DNA of 64,000 nucleotides from Escherichia coli (GTDB lineage Bacteria; Pseudomonadota; Gammaproteobacteria; Enterobacterales; Enterobacteriaceae): NCBI RefSeq assembly GCF_044324875.1, contig NZ_CP172185.1; one strand, 5' to 3'. Shown piece by piece: positions 63,105 to 64,000 of this stretch (position 1 is its first letter; each line of letters starts with the position of its first letter). The notes under the pieces were generated by a model. It saw only the letters and a program-made list of their open reading frames with translations, ran no database searches and was not told where the DNA came from. The position numbers and the translations under genes were made by a program.

Positions 63105-63137
63105 TATAAAAATGGCGCTGTATTTGCGCCATTTTTA
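63105..63137. terminator. bidirectional terminator (atggcgc / gcgccat flanked by A5 and T5) downstream of yagU
   Basis: Stem-loop with runs on both sides. Confidence 0.6.
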
Positions 63138-63149
63138 TCATTCAATGCA

Positions 63150-63764
63150 TTATCTGTTTGAGCCTAAAGGGATCTCAGGGTCTGGCTCATGAGTAATTCT
63201 GTTTCGTAAATCTCTGCGAATAATTTCAATGGACCAGAACCAGACTAAATGTCCAAAAATTTCAGAAACATTCTCATACCACGGGAGATCAAACAGAGGT
63301 GGCGTCAGTCCCATGAGAGGGAATGAAATCATATGAACAAAAAGTTGGGCTAAAGCACCTGCCAGTAAGCCCTGCCAGAGTTTAATTTTTGGAAATACTT
63401 CAGCGACCACACAATAACCGACAGCAAACACTATCGAAAAGATAATGTGCGTAACACCAACCCAGTTAAAGACATGCCCGGCAAAGGTATAAACAGCCGC
63501 ATTGGGATCTGTCAGCCCCAACCAGTCTCGAAGAAAAATATACGGAGGATTGAGAAAATTACGGGAGCAATCAATTTGCCCAGCAGCCCTGATTAATGAT
63601 TCCGGGCCACACGCTGCATTAAACATATCCACCGGGCTACGTGGCGGCAATGGAACTTCAGCCCCCCACTTCACAAATGCGGAAACAACGCCAGCAATCA
63701 GCCCAATGAATGCAGCAAGACCATAACGTCTGCGGTTCGGTGGAGTTTGTTCAAATATATTCAT
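63150..63764 (-). CDS. yagU: DUF1440 inner membrane protein, 204 aa
   Basis: Recognised as YagU. Confidence 0.85.
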
Positions 63765-64000
63765 ATCTACCCTGCTTGTACCATTATGTTATACACCTCT
63801 TCAGGAGTATTCATAAAACAAGGCAAATGTAAAGAACTGTATTGTTTTGTATAATGCAATGGTGACTAATCGCCAATTAATATAAGCACCATCATTTCTC
63901 CCTATTTTTATGTTAGAAGTGACAAAGATTTGTAGGGTGATGTAGAGCTGACAATCACAGGTTTCCTTATCGGTTTTTGCATCGCACAACTAAAGCAATA

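Overview
The window reads as a contiguous piece of an Escherichia coli chromosome, in reverse-complement orientation relative to the K-12 MG1655 map. Gene order: lacZ 3' end, lacY, lacA, cynXST/cynR, codAB, prpEDCB/prpR, yahO-N-M-L-K, yahJ-I-G-F-E, IS1, ykgGFE (lutCBA), rclR/rclABC, an aldo-keto reductase (AKR), Rob-like ykgA, full-length fdeC/eaeH, a redox-enzyme island carrying an IS21-family insertion, ykgR-ykgM-ykgO, a second IS1, ecpRABCDE, ykgJ and yagU. All calls rest on my recognition of the translated ORFs and of sequence motifs (REP/BIME, IS termini, sigma-54 and Zur boxes); no database search or alignment was run, and no tRNA, rRNA or CRISPR was seen by eye. It is not K-12 itself: relative to the K-12 order as I remember it, the ykgH-betABIT-yahABCD-yahE(5') segment is missing at an IS1 junction, fdeC is intact, there is about 10 kb of extra genes between fdeC and ykgR, and the REP arrays are longer. 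I do not see a clearly novel system. The most interesting candidate is the poorly characterised yahEFG-yahI-yahJ module (a paralog of the allantoin-linked oxamate carbamoyltransferase plus carbamate kinase set, with a Tat-signal amidohydrolase), which appears to be decaying here: yahE is truncated by IS1 and yahJ is frameshifted. Other points worth a second look are a 215-aa secreted ORF between yahK and yahJ, a single in-frame TGA splitting ykgA, and IS1/IS21 junction structures.
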